NCBI GenBank assembly: GCA_043821445.1
Contig: JBDRCT010000003.1
Location: forward strand, 5,440-69,439
From: Candidatus Omnitrophota bacterium
GTDB taxonomy: Bacteria; Omnitrophota; Omnitrophia; Omnitrophales; Aquincolibacteriaceae
DNA: 64,000 nucleotides
Direction: 5' to 3'
Below the pieces are notes generated by a model. It saw only the letters and a program-made list of their open reading frames with translations, was not told where the DNA came from and ran no database searches. A program made the position numbers and the translations under genes. Positions 1 through 11,974 of the stretch are shown in pieces (the first letter of the stretch is position 1; every line of letters starts with the position of its first letter).

Positions 1-690
1 GGCACATTCCGCCACTTCGATCATGTAAAGAGGCTCATTCCGTTTGCCCCGATTCGACTGGGGCGCAAGGTACGGCCCATCGGTCTCAAGGAGCAGGCGG
101 TCCTTCGGGCAGAGCGCGCAGGCTTCACGCAACCTGTCGTTCTTTTTGTAGGTCAGGGCCCCACCGAACGCAATATGAAAACCGAGATCCAGATATTTTT
201 TCATGGTCCCGGCGTCCGAGGAATAGCAATGGAGCGTCCCCCGGTAAGGCAACCGGGTGTGTTCCCGGAGAATACGCAAAAGATCTTCGTAGGCATCACG
301 GCAGTGGATAATGATAGGCTTACGGTACTTGTCATACCAGCCAAGAAAGGTCCGCAGAAGTTTCTCCTGCACGTCGCGAGGCGAATGCTCGTGGAAATAG
401 TCCAGTCCCACCTCCCCGATCGCAACCACTTTGGGATGCGTTAATAGTTTTTCGAGTTCGGCAAGATCTTCGGGATTGGCTGTTTTTGTCTCATGGGGAT
501 GAAACCCGACTGCGGCATAGACTTCTGGATATTGTTCAGCGATCGCGATAGCTTTTTGGGAACCTTCCAAGTCGGTGCCGATATTCAGGAAAGAACTAAC
601 GCCCCCCCGAATGGCCCGCTCGATCACTTCCCGCCGGTCAGCATCATACTGGGGAAAATGCAGATGGATATGAGTGTCCGTCAAATTCAT
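1..690 (-). CDS. tatD: TatD family hydrolase/DNase (3' end runs off the window)
   Basis: Not in the ORF track; translated by hand. ATG at 690 overlaps the metG stop (ATGA). Reads MNLTDTHIHLH...AAVGFHPHE...LLLETDGPYLAPQSNRGKRNEP, the TatD DxHxH, GxHP and ETDxP motifs. Confidence 0.93.
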   Translation of the reverse strand, partial: MNLTDTHIHLHFPQYDADRREVIERAIRGGVSSFLNIGTDLEGSQKAIAIAEQYPEVYAAVGFHPHETKTANPEDLAELEKLLTHPKVVAIGEVGLDYFHEHSPRDVQEKLLRTFLGWYDKYRKPIIIHCRDAYEDLLRILREHTRLPYRGTLHCYSSDAGTMKKYLDLGFHIAFGGALTYKKNDRLREACALCPKDRLLLETDGPYLAPQSNRGKRNEPLYMIEVAECA

Positions 691-2231
691 GACGTCTTCT
701 CATCAAGACGCGAAAAAAGCGGCTCTCCCCGTTGAATCACAACATCTGCCTTCACAATAGACTGTGCAAACTCATACACACGAGGAATTTCCCAGTCCAC
801 CGGCACCTGAAGACGAATTAAGATTTCTTTAGCAGTTTGAGGCAAAAAAGAAAGTAATAAAACCGCAATGTGAGCTACGCATTCAGATAGAACAGCTAAG
901 ATCTGTGCAAGCTCTTCTTTGCGCGATGAATCTTTTGCCACACTCCAGGGCTTCGTTTCCTCCACAAACTGATTCGCTAGAGTGATCACAGACCAAATAG
1001 CCGTTAATGCTTCGCGAGGATTGTAATTAAGCATATGCTCTTTAACTGCGTGCCAAAGAGCAAAAGTTTTCTGCATCAGCCGATCATTAATTAATAATTT
1101 ATCATTTATTTTCTGCGTTTTTCCATCGGAATATTTTTCGATCATGGATGCGACACGGTGCCAAAGATTGCCGAGACCATTGGCAAGATCGCTCGTATAG
1201 CGTTCCGCCAAAAGATCTTCAGAAAAAGTGCCGTCCAGACCGAGCGTCACTTCATTCAAAAGAAAGTACCGGAGTACATCACTACCGTATTTTTGGACAA
1301 GCGCAACTGGATCCACGACGTTCCCGGTTGACTTCGACATCTTGGCGCCGCCGATCTGCCACCACCCGTGGGCAAACACAAGTTTCGGCATTTCAATACC
1401 CATGGCTTTGAGCATGATCGGCCAGAAAATCGCGTGCTGGCGGAGAATATCTTTTCCTATTAATTGAAGGTCCGCCGGCCAAAGAGACTTGAATTTTTTA
1501 TCATCCGTCAGATATCCGGCGCCTGTCACATAATTCAAAAGTGCGTCAAACCAGACATAAACCACATGGTCCTTGGACCCCGGATATTCGACCCCCCAAG
1601 TAAGGCGCGCCTTCGGCCGGGTAATGCAGAGGTCTTCGAGCGGCTCTTTTAAAAATCCAAGCACTTCGTTCTTGCGATACTCCGGCTGAATAAAATCCGG
1701 ATTCTCTTGAATGTAGCTCACTAACCAGGACTGATAAGCGGACATCCTGAAAAAATAGTTTTCTTCTTCAAGGCGATCCACCTCGCGGCGACATTCAGGG
1801 CACTTCCCGTCCTTGAGCTGAAGTTCGGTCCAGAATGATTCGCAGGGCGTACAGTACCAGCCATGATACGAAGCCTTGTAAATGTCCTCTTTTGACTCAA
1901 GATCACTCAGGACTTTCTGGACCGTTTTTTTATGATAGTCATCGGTGGTACGGATAAAGTGATCATACCGGATCCCAAGCACGCGCCAGAGTTCCTTGAA
2001 CTGAGGCACGATCTCATCCACAAAAGCCTTGGGATCCTTGTGTTGTTCAAACGCGGCCTTCTGGACCTTGATCCCGTGCTCATCGGTCCCTGTGATGTAG
2101 AAAACTTTCTCTCCCATTATCCGGTGAAAACGCGCGAACGTATCGCACAGGATGCTCGTATAGGCATGGCCGATGTGCGGTTTGCCGTTCACATAATAAA
2201 TCGGCGTCGTCAGATAATACGTTTTCGTCAT
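687..2231 (-). CDS. metG: methionine--tRNA ligase (short form)
   Basis: YLTTPIYYVN, HIGH, GTDEHG, YVWFDAL, KMSKS motifs. Confidence 0.97.
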   Translation of the reverse strand: MTKTYYLTTPIYYVNGKPHIGHAYTSILCDTFARFHRIMGEKVFYITGTDEHGIKVQKAAFEQHKDPKAFVDEIVPQFKELWRVLGIRYDHFIRTTDDYHKKTVQKVLSDLESKEDIYKASYHGWYCTPCESFWTELQLKDGKCPECRREVDRLEEENYFFRMSAYQSWLVSYIQENPDFIQPEYRKNEVLGFLKEPLEDLCITRPKARLTWGVEYPGSKDHVVYVWFDALLNYVTGAGYLTDDKKFKSLWPADLQLIGKDILRQHAIFWPIMLKAMGIEMPKLVFAHGWWQIGGAKMSKSTGNVVDPVALVQKYGSDVLRYFLLNEVTLGLDGTFSEDLLAERYTSDLANGLGNLWHRVASMIEKYSDGKTQKINDKLLINDRLMQKTFALWHAVKEHMLNYNPREALTAIWSVITLANQFVEETKPWSVAKDSSRKEELAQILAVLSECVAHIAVLLLSFLPQTAKEILIRLQVPVDWEIPRVYEFAQSIVKADVVIQRGEPLFSRLDEKTS

Positions 2232-3094
2232 AAAGAAACCACTTTCTGAGACGGGAAAAGTCGCGCAAGCCTCATCGCAAGCCGGGTTGTCATCAGTTTC
2301 TGATTTACGTTCATGTCGAGCGCCGTCTTGGAGTCATAAAGAAGGTCCATGGCCTCGAGCCATAAGTTCACTTTTTCGGGGTCCGTGTCTTCTCCCGACA
2401 CAATCTGGTAGACCTTCTCACGGGAAAGCGCCATCAGACTATCCAGTTTTAGCTTTGCTTCATTGCGAGGGATCGACCCATAAGTTTCAAAGATCTCGCG
2501 GACCGGCAGGGCCTCAAGCGACCCTGCGCCCATCGGAACGGACGGAGATAACATTGGCATGAGACGGATCTCAAATGAACGCGACTGGATCGTCTCCAAG
2601 AGATTGTTCTTATTCTCTACTAGGAGGCAAAAAACCGTATTTGGGGGTGGTTCTTCAAGGGTTTTCAGAAAGGCGTTCGCCGCCACCTCGGGCAACCGTT
2701 CCGCATTCGGCACAATACAAACTTTCCATGCGCCTTCAAAAGGTTTCATGGACGCCCAGTGGATCGTCTCACGGACCGCCTCGATCTTGATCGACCGTTC
2801 AGTGAGGTCTTCCCCCACCCATCGAACATCCGGATATCCGTGCTTCCATATCCGCTGCAGAAGTCCGGTATCTTTAAAACTAAAAAGCTTGGGATCACGA
2901 CTTTCAAGCGCATAGGCAAACGCCACCGCAAACTCTTCTTTAATGTCCGTGCTGTGGCGTTCGCTGCCCATCTCGGCCATTTCCCCTTCATTCCCGCACC
3001 CGCTGAAAATATAGGAGGACGCGACACGTCCTTCCCGGATATGGGACTCAAGAATTCGAACCGCCAGTTTCTGGGTGTTATTGGCCAAAAACAC
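2228..3094 (-). CDS. holB: DNA polymerase III delta' subunit
   Basis: AANAFLKTLEEPP and ETIQSR motifs; tmk-holB-metG-tatD synteny. Confidence 0.88.
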   Translation of the reverse strand: MFLANNTQKLAVRILESHIREGRVASSYIFSGCGNEGEMAEMGSERHSTDIKEEFAVAFAYALESRDPKLFSFKDTGLLQRIWKHGYPDVRWVGEDLTERSIKIEAVRETIHWASMKPFEGAWKVCIVPNAERLPEVAANAFLKTLEEPPPNTVFCLLVENKNNLLETIQSRSFEIRLMPMLSPSVPMGAGSLEALPVREIFETYGSIPRNEAKLKLDSLMALSREKVYQIVSGEDTDPEKVNLWLEAMDLLYDSKTALDMNVNQKLMTTRLAMRLARLFPSQKVVSL

Positions 3095-3691
3095 GTTCGA
3101 GCCTTTCCCGGACTATTCCGCTCACCCATTCCATGGGTTTGCTGGTATCGAGCACGACCATGCGCCTGGGTTCTTTTTTTGCGAAAGCAAGAAATCCCCG
3201 CCGCACCCGCCGGTGAAAACTCAGAGCCTCACGTTCGATCCGGTCATGCCGGCCCCCACGCGCAAGGCCCTTGGCAATATCAATATCCAGCACAAAGGTG
3301 AGATCCGGCTTGAGCGTCCCCCGGACCAGCCGGCTTGCGTCTTCGATAGCCCTCAATGGGATCCTACGGCCAAACCCTTGATAGGCTCTTGTCGAATCTT
3401 CAAAACGGTCACAGATGACGACCTTGCCTTTCTTAAGCGCCGGAATGATCTTTTCATGAACGATCTGCGCGCGAGCGGCAAGATAAAGGAGCAACTCTGT
3501 CACGGGACCCATTTCCTTCAGATCTTTATCCAGAAGGATCGCGCGAATAGCTTCGCTGATGCGCGTACCGCCCGGTTCCCGGAGCATGACCACTGAACGG
3601 CCTTTCTCTTTCAGAAAAGCGACAGCCTTACGGATCTGCGTGCTCTTCCCGCTCCCCTCCGCGCCCTCGAATGTTATGAAATATCCTTTTT

Positions 3692-3695
<4 letters not shown>
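3078..3695 (-). CDS. tmk: thymidylate kinase
   Basis: FITFEGAEGSGKST P-loop, REPGGT, CDRF..S..AYQG. Confidence 0.97.
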
Positions 3696-5121
<1,426 letters not shown>

Positions 5122-5125
<4 letters not shown>

Positions 5126-6324
5126 GCGGTCACCCTTTTCATGCTCACCACAGCTTCACAGGTCACCGCCAGACCTTCTCCTTCGGGGCCGAGACCTTCC
5201 CGGGTGCGAGCTTTGATGGAGACGTCCTGTTCGGGAAGTTCGAGACACTTTGCGACACTTTTACGGATCCTGGACTTATGAGCGTAGAGTTTCGGGGATT
5301 CCAAAATAATGTTCGTATCCGCGTGAAAAGGGCGCCATCCCCGCTTTTTCGCTTCCGTGAGGATCACCCCAAGGATCTTCGTGCTGCGAATATTCTTGAA
5401 TTTCGGATCACGATCCGAAAACCACTCCCCGATATCTCCGGCCCCGATCGCACCCAGGATCGCATCCGCAAGCGTGTGCAACAGCGCATCGCCGTCCGAA
5501 TGACCCAGTGCACCTTTAGGCGATGGGATCACAACACCGCCAAGATAGAACCTGCGCCCTTTGACTAACCGGTGGGTGTCAAATCCGATCCCGACACGGA
5601 TTTCCCGAAAATTATTTTTTTCCGTTATAGCTTTGGCAAGCATCAGGTCCGTCAGGGTGGTAAGCTTCGGGTTCCAATCCCCGTGAGACACCACTCGCAC
5701 GCGAGCGCCGATTGCTTCCAAAAGGCTCGCTTCGTCCGTCGCCTCAAACGCCTTAGGGTTTTGCTTGTATGCTTTCAGAATGGTTTCACGCCGGACGAGC
5801 TGTGGCGTTTCAGCTTCGTAAAGTGTGCCGCGATCCACCGTTTCACGAATGCGTCCGTCTTCTGTTAGAACCTTCTTGATCGTCGGCACCACTTTGCGTG
5901 CCAAGATCACGCCCTCCCAACCTTTACCTGCTTTCAGGACTTGCCGGATCGCTTGGGGTGTCACGAGCGGCCGTGCCCCGTCATGCACCATGATCCACTC
6001 GGAGTGCGGGGAAGTTTTTTTAAGTGCGTTCCATACGGACTCGGCCCGGGTCTTGCCGCCCAAGATCCATCGGACCTTCAAACCCTGGATCGAACGCGCC
6101 CATCCCTTCACTTCCGGACCCATCTCGGGACTGATAGCAACGATCGTTTCATGGATCCCGGGGATCTTGGCAAAAGCCCGAAGAGTTCTGAGAAGCACCG
6201 GCTCTCCGTTCAGTCGATAAAAAAGCTTGGAAGCATGCGGAGAAACCTTCTTGGCAGAACGATCCAGGCTTTGTTGAAAACGACTACCAAGACCGGCGGC
6301 AGGAATGATGAGGGAGACTCGCAT
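5122..6324 (-). CDS. ispDF: bifunctional IspD/IspF (MEP pathway)
   Basis: N-terminal IPAAG.G.R, VHDGARP, TDEASL (IspD); C-terminal GIGFDTH, GHSDGDALLH, GDIG (IspF). Confidence 0.95.
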
Positions 6325-6329
6325 TCACC

Positions 6330-7493
6330 CTACCTCCCTCCTTCGTGAATCTGGGAACTCTGCGAATTCGATGGATTCTGATAGGACTGATGGCTCTGCC
6401 GGTCATGACCGTTACGCGAACGGCGAGTATCATTCCCGTGACCGCCTCGATTATCGCGCCAACGCTCTGCACCGCGTTCCGGATAATGGCCATTATCATC
6501 GGAAAGTTTCGCGAAGATCATACGCCCGGCCTGCGTCTGGAGCACGCTCGTGATCGTAACTTTCACCGTATGGCCCAAACGGCGTTTGCCGTTATCCACC
6601 ACCACCATGGTCCCATCATCGAGATACGCCACACCTTGTTCATGCTCCTTGCCTTCTTTGAGGATCTTGATCTCCATCTCTTCCCCAGGCATGACCACGG
6701 GCTTCAGCGCATTCGCAAGATCGTTGATATTGAGAACTTTTACACCCTGCAGTTCGGCAACCTTATTGAGATTGTAATCATTCGTGAAAACCTTAGCCTG
6801 AAGTACTTGACCCATTTTAACCAGCTTGGCGTCCACGGTGTTAAATTCCGGAAAATCCAACTCGTGGATTTTCACCTTAATATTCGGATTGGACTGGATC
6901 GCGTTCAAAACATCGAGCCCGCGACGCCCACGAGCGCGTTTTAAGGGGTCCGACGAATCTGCGATGAGCTGCAACTCCTTCAACACAAAACGTGGCAGGA
7001 TCAGCTTGCTTGAAAGAAAATGCGTATTCGCGATGTCCGCGATGCGACCGTCGATAATAACACTCGTATCCAAAAGGATCATTTCCTCACTCGGACCTTT
7101 AGAATCAAGATGCACGAACGGGATCATCAAACTGAATTCATCTTGCCCGCGAAGGACCGTGATAATGCCGAGGTAGGAAAAAACGATCGCCGTTGCGATC
7201 CCGAAATTACGCGTGACTTCTGAGGTAAAATGGGCATAAACGACCACCATCATAAAAAGCCGGTGCGTCAGAAGCCCAAGCGCCAATCCCAGAATGACCG
7301 CAAGAATATTGCGGACCGTGTATTGTTTAAAAAAGATATCAATCGAAACGATGAGAATGCCGACCATCGCCCCGATGGCCGCCGAGATCCACTCGCTGTA
7401 AGGCACCTGAAGGTTCAAGAGCCACTGAATTTGCGCAAGATACCCGAACAGGGTACAGCCTAGAATAAAAATAAACCTTATGGCAAGAATCAT
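6330..7493 (-). CDS. PIN/TRAM domain membrane protein (YacL-like)
   Basis: N-terminal TM helices, [11 protein letters not shown] (PIN), [13 protein letters not shown]...QTQAGRMIF (TRAM); usual position upstream of ispD. Confidence 0.93.
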   Translation of the reverse strand: MILAIRFIFILGCTLFGYLAQIQWLLNLQVPYSEWISAAIGAMVGILIVSIDIFFKQYTVRNILAVILGLALGLLTHRLFMMVVVYAHFTSEVTRNFGIATAIVFSYLGIITVLRGQDEFSLMIPFVHLDSKGPSEEMILLDTSVIIDGRIADIANTHFLSSKLILPRFVLKELQLIADSSDPLKRARGRRGLDVLNAIQSNPNIKVKIHELDFPEFNTVDAKLVKMGQVLQAKVFTNDYNLNKVAELQGVKVLNINDLANALKPVVMPGEEMEIKILKEGKEHEQGVAYLDDGTMVVVDNGKRRLGHTVKVTITSVLQTQAGRMIFAKLSDDNGHYPERGAERWRDNRGGHGNDTRRSRNGHDRQSHQSYQNPSNSQSSQIHEGGR

Positions 7494-7565
7494 GATAACT
7501 GCTCCTTTGATGTTGTGCGTATAACGTGTATGAAAGATTCATATTCACCGGTTCCTTTGAACAGG

Positions 7566-8375
7566 TCATGCTAGAAAGAAAAAGTACCACTTTCTTTTGT
7601 CTTTCGAGTCTTTCTTAAGGAGCTTCCACGGATGCGCCCGCACATCCTTCACGAACGCTTCCATTTCCTTATAAAGCTCGTCTTCCATTAAGAGTTTCCC
7701 GAGCGTCCCATCTCCTTTTTCGACTTTTTCAAGGATGTTGCTCAAAGAAGCGCTGGAAGACTCGATATTCTGGAAACTTTGATGCACATCTCCATCCGCC
7801 TTGAGAGAAGTGTTCAACGCCCCACTCAGCGACGAAAGATTACTGATCAGGGTTTTGAGGTCCTCAATCGTCCCCTGATCGTCCATACCCGCCTTGAACT
7901 TGCCCAAGATCGCGGCAAGATGGTCCAAGATCTCATGCGCCCGGTCAATCAGTTCTTCCACCGCGACCAAAGGCACTCCTTCCACCAACGCTCTTTTATG
8001 GAGCAGTGGAAAAGTCCCGGGGTTCGGCGTGATCTCCACATGCGGCTCGCTCAAGACATGCGTGCCTCGTATCGTGAAGCTGTAATTTTCTCTGATTTCC
8101 ACTCCCTTTTCAATGAAAAGTTTGACCTTGACGCGATTATTCTGTTTCGCTTCATCATAAACGAGATCCAACTGGCTTACCTCCCCAACACGGACCCCCG
8201 CCATACGCACCGGCGCCCCTTTATTAAGAATGCTGACATAGTTAAACATCACATCCACGGTATATCCCGAACGAAATAAATAAACCCCGCTGACAAAAAA
8301 GAGCACTAACGTCAAAAAAATGAACCCGAGGATCACGAAAACCCCCACCGACACCTCATTACTTTTCTTTTTCAT
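7566..8375 (-). CDS. mlaD: MlaD/MCE family substrate-binding protein
   Basis: N-terminal TM, GAPVRMAGVRVGEV MCE motif, helical tail with GTLGKLL. Confidence 0.9.
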   Translation of the reverse strand: MKKKSNEVSVGVFVILGFIFLTLVLFFVSGVYLFRSGYTVDVMFNYVSILNKGAPVRMAGVRVGEVSQLDLVYDEAKQNNRVKVKLFIEKGVEIRENYSFTIRGTHVLSEPHVEITPNPGTFPLLHKRALVEGVPLVAVEELIDRAHEILDHLAAILGKFKAGMDDQGTIEDLKTLISNLSSLSGALNTSLKADGDVHQSFQNIESSSASLSNILEKVEKGDGTLGKLLMEDELYKEMEAFVKDVRAHPWKLLKKDSKDKRKWYFFFLA

Positions 8376-9142
8376 AATAACTCCGTCTCCTTTTGCTGCT
8401 TATCCGTGATCGGACCCCGTGCCGATCCGGTAATGAATTGCTGAATGACCGGGTCGGGGGAATTTCGGATCTCATCGGGCGTCCCGATACCGATGATTCG
8501 TCCCTCAAAAAGCATGGCAATCCGGTTTGCCACTTTGTAAGCACTGGTCATATCGTGGGTCACCACGATCGAGATCACTTTGAGTTGTTTCTGCATCCTC
8601 AAAATAAGCTCATTAATGACGTCCGCATTGATCGGATCGAGGCCCGTGGTCGGCTCATCATAGAGAATGATCTTCGGTTCATTGCAAATCGCCCGTGCCA
8701 AACCCACCCTTTTTTTCATCCCCCCTGAAAGACTGGCAGGCATCAGATTCTCGATCCCCTCTAAACCCATCATACGCAACTTTTCCAAGACTTTCTGACC
8801 GATCACTTCCTCAGAAAGATTGGTGTGCTCAAAAAGAGAAAATCCGACATTCTCAAGCACGGTCAGAGAATCAAAGAGCGCGGCGCCCTGAAAGAGCATC
8901 CCGAGCTGTAACCGGAACTGGTCCTGCTCTTCCAGATTCATCGAGAACATAGAACGTCCGTCAATGCGAATATCTCCTTCATCAGGCTCCAAAATCGCCA
9001 TGATATGCTTCAGAAGAACACTTTTCCCACATCCCGACCGGCCGATGATCACGATAGTCTCCCCTTCCTTGATGGTCAGGTCGACCCCTTTCAGGACATG
9101 GTGTGTTCCAAACCACTTGTGAATGCCTTGGATATGGATCAC
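8372..9142 (-). CDS. mlaF: MlaF-type ABC transporter ATPase
   Basis: GRSGCGKS, FQGAALFDS, LSGGMKKRV, YDEPTTGLDP. Confidence 0.93.
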   Translation of the reverse strand: MIHIQGIHKWFGTHHVLKGVDLTIKEGETIVIIGRSGCGKSVLLKHIMAILEPDEGDIRIDGRSMFSMNLEEQDQFRLQLGMLFQGAALFDSLTVLENVGFSLFEHTNLSEEVIGQKVLEKLRMMGLEGIENLMPASLSGGMKKRVGLARAICNEPKIILYDEPTTGLDPINADVINELILRMQKQLKVISIVVTHDMTSAYKVANRIAMLFEGRIIGIGTPDEIRNSPDPVIQQFITGSARGPITDKQQKETELL

Positions 9143-9160
9143 GAAACACCGTTCTTCCGT

Positions 9161-9973
9161 TTAAAAGAAATAAAAGATCGCTGAAAAAAGTGCGTCCGAA
9201 GCAATGACCATGATAAGCGAAACTACTACCGCAAGCGTTGTCGCTCGTCCCACACCTTCGGCCCCCCCGCGGGCCGTAAATCCGAAATAGCATCCCACGA
9301 TCGAAATAATCCCTCCGAAGAAAAAGGCCTTGATGAGTCCCGTCACAACATCCTTGACCGCCAGCGCATCGATCCCGCGTTTGATGTACATGTGCGAACT
9401 CATACCAAGTTTGAAAACTGAAATGAGGTAGCCCCCGAACATCCCGATCACATCCGCATAGATGGTCAACAAAAAAAGCATGAACAACGCCGCGATAAAT
9501 CTCGGAATGACAAGATACTGGATGGGATTCGTCGCAAGAGCCTTCAGAGCGTCAATCTGTTCGGTCACCTTCATGGTCCCGAGTTCTGCGGCGATCGAAG
9601 CCCCCACACGCCCGGCCACTACCATCGACGTCAATACCGGTCCAAGTTCGCGGCATAGCGAAACCGATATCAAGTCCGCGGTAAATTTCTCTGCGGAAAA
9701 AAGGCGGAGTTGATAAGCCGATTGCAATGCAAGGACCATGCCTGTAAAAAATGCCGTAAGAAAAACCAAGGGAAGCGACTGCACGCCGATCTTATTCATC
9801 TGATCGAGCGTGGCCTTCCAACGGATCTTTTTGGAAACCAATAAAATGCAAGCGTCCTTAAAAAGAAGTGCGATCCCTCCGGCACCTTGAAAAATATCCA
9901 GACACTCCGCCCCAAACCTCTGGAGCCACATCCGGACCGATACGGCCCGCCTCAGATCACTCCAATCCGTCAT
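9161..9973 (-). CDS. mlaE: MlaE-type ABC transporter permease
   Basis: RELGPVL, GRVGASIAAELGTMKVTEQIDAL, GAEGVGRATT; start placed at ATG 9973 after a GAGGAG SD. Confidence 0.93.
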   Translation of the reverse strand: MTDWSDLRRAVSVRMWLQRFGAECLDIFQGAGGIALLFKDACILLVSKKIRWKATLDQMNKIGVQSLPLVFLTAFFTGMVLALQSAYQLRLFSAEKFTADLISVSLCRELGPVLTSMVVAGRVGASIAAELGTMKVTEQIDALKALATNPIQYLVIPRFIAALFMLFLLTIYADVIGMFGGYLISVFKLGMSSHMYIKRGIDALAVKDVVTGLIKAFFFGGIISIVGCYFGFTARGGAEGVGRATTLAVVVSLIMVIASDALFSAIFYFF

Positions 9974-10031
9974 AATTCTCCTCTGCCATCGATACATTCA
10001 CAAAGTTCTACCCTTACAAGACTCTATGCCT

Positions 10032-11957
10032 TCAAAACTTCAGCTTAGGGCCGAAAAGGACCGCCGGTTCTTCTTTTTCTTCATCCTCGGTCTCACCCAC
10101 ACCGGCCCCGGAATTTGACCCCTCAGAACGGGCCTCCAGCACCGAGAGCTCTCCCCAATCACCAATCTTTGAACGGTTCAATTCCAGAGTACGGTCTTTT
10201 TTATGGAGGACCGCCTCGATGCCCTTCCAGATGACCAGATTGTCCGGCGTCTGTATTTTTACCCCCGCGAATATATTGTCAAGCTTCAAATCCAGGGCCC
10301 CGTTCAGAAAGAAAACGGTCCGGCCTTTCCAGATCTTAGAATCCCTCAACGGCAAGTAAGGAAGAAACCCACGAAGCTGAATGATACCACGGTCATAATC
10401 AAGTTGCCCCCATTTTCCGTTGTGAATGTTGAAAATGCCCGAAACCTCGGGCTTTGCGAGATCCCCCTCCACGGAAAGCGTCCCCTCCAGAAGCCCCCCG
10501 AGCGCCTTTGGTAAAGGTTTCGCCGCGAACTGGTGCACAGTTCCAAGGTCAAAATCCGCCACGCGCAACAGGAGTTTTAGGTCCGAATTTTTCCAGAACT
10601 TGGTCACTCGTCCCGTGATTTGGAATTTTTTCCCCCATGTGCTCCGAATACCTGTGATCCCGGCAGGGCTTAATTCAAAAAAACCCTTTAAGTCCTCGAA
10701 TGGCTGACGGTCCAAAATAAAATAATCAGTTTCGTACTCCCCTTTAAAAAAAAGATCGCGGCCGTTCCAATGCGGCGATACGGAATGAAGAAAAAGTTTC
10801 CCTTGTGTGACAAGATCCATGCCAAAAATCTTGATATGATCTAAATGAAAGTTGAACACAAAATCTAGCCCGCGAAGATTGGAGTGGATCGCCATCCGCT
10901 TTGCGCCTTTTTCAAAACTCAGTTCATAGTTTCCGCTGGCAAAGTCAAGTTCCCCCTGACCCTGGTACCCCGAGTCCAAAACGATCGAATCTATTACAAA
11001 ACGTTTCCGATCCTGGTGGACTTTCCCGCGGAAATCAAAAACCTGCCCCTCCATGGGTTGAAAAGCTCCCTTGAGTGTCTGATGCGGCAGACTCAACGCA
11101 AAATCCAGTTTCATCCACGGGGTACCTTTCCCGATCCGGACATGCGCATTCACTTCGGGCTGCCCCTCATGATTCAAAAAAGCTCCGGAAAGCTCCGCAT
11201 ACCATCCGTATAATGTCCCCTGCAAATCATTAAAAAAAAGATCGCTTCCCACCCAACGGACTTTTCCCTTGAGCGCTTTAAACGGGAGCGGAATATCCTG
11301 CGCGAGATCCATGGCATCCAGTTCCAGCCAAAGATCATGTGTACTCTTGGAAGGATCCACCACGCCATAAATGTGGACACGCCCGCTCACCATGCCGGTC
11401 ATGCGGGCGTGAACGTCTATCTGGACTTTTTTATCAAGAGACGGCAGGATCTTGCCTTCTACTTCTTTGAGCAGAATCTCCTTGCCAAGCGACGAAAGCA
11501 AATAACGGATCTCTCCCCCTTTAAAATCCAAAGATGGCATCGAAAGTCCGGAAACTCCACTAGCGGCATTCTCAAAATAGCGGTAAGGAAATTGATCCTG
11601 TTCGATTAGAACCGCGGGATTCTTCAACACTACACCCACAGGGGCATCGAACTTCCGGCTCCAGAGCTGTTTCAGATCATAGCGAAAAAGAAGGTGGTCG
11701 GCACGGATCAGCTGGGAACCGCCTCGCGCAGAAGGGGTTTCGATGAGGATCTTTTCAAGCGCCAGCTGGTTCAGATGGTAGGGCTTGATCTCGCCAATGT
11801 GGACCGTAGCCTTAAGATACTCCCCGACCCTTTGCTCAGCAAAACGCTTGAAATCCGGCGAATGCGCGATACGCCCCAGAAGAAAATTGAAAAGAAGCAC
11901 GCCGGTCACGAAGAAAAGCGTAAAGAAGAAAAGAACGGCCTTTAGGAAAGAACGCAT
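10032..11957 (-). CDS. AsmA/TamB-like membrane-anchored beta-rich envelope protein
   Basis: N-terminal TM anchor, repeated beta-strand pattern (LEGTLSVEGDLAKPEVSG), next to the Mla genes. Confidence 0.55.
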   Translation of the reverse strand: MRSFLKAVLFFFTLFFVTGVLLFNFLLGRIAHSPDFKRFAEQRVGEYLKATVHIGEIKPYHLNQLALEKILIETPSARGGSQLIRADHLLFRYDLKQLWSRKFDAPVGVVLKNPAVLIEQDQFPYRYFENAASGVSGLSMPSLDFKGGEIRYLLSSLGKEILLKEVEGKILPSLDKKVQIDVHARMTGMVSGRVHIYGVVDPSKSTHDLWLELDAMDLAQDIPLPFKALKGKVRWVGSDLFFNDLQGTLYGWYAELSGAFLNHEGQPEVNAHVRIGKGTPWMKLDFALSLPHQTLKGAFQPMEGQVFDFRGKVHQDRKRFVIDSIVLDSGYQGQGELDFASGNYELSFEKGAKRMAIHSNLRGLDFVFNFHLDHIKIFGMDLVTQGKLFLHSVSPHWNGRDLFFKGEYETDYFILDRQPFEDLKGFFELSPAGITGIRSTWGKKFQITGRVTKFWKNSDLKLLLRVADFDLGTVHQFAAKPLPKALGGLLEGTLSVEGDLAKPEVSGIFNIHNGKWGQLDYDRGIIQLRGFLPYLPLRDSKIWKGRTVFFLNGALDLKLDNIFAGVKIQTPDNLVIWKGIEAVLHKKDRTLELNRSKIGDWGELSVLEARSEGSNSGAGVGETEDEEKEEPAVLFGPKLKF

Positions 11958-11974
11958 ACACGCATGCTCTCGTG

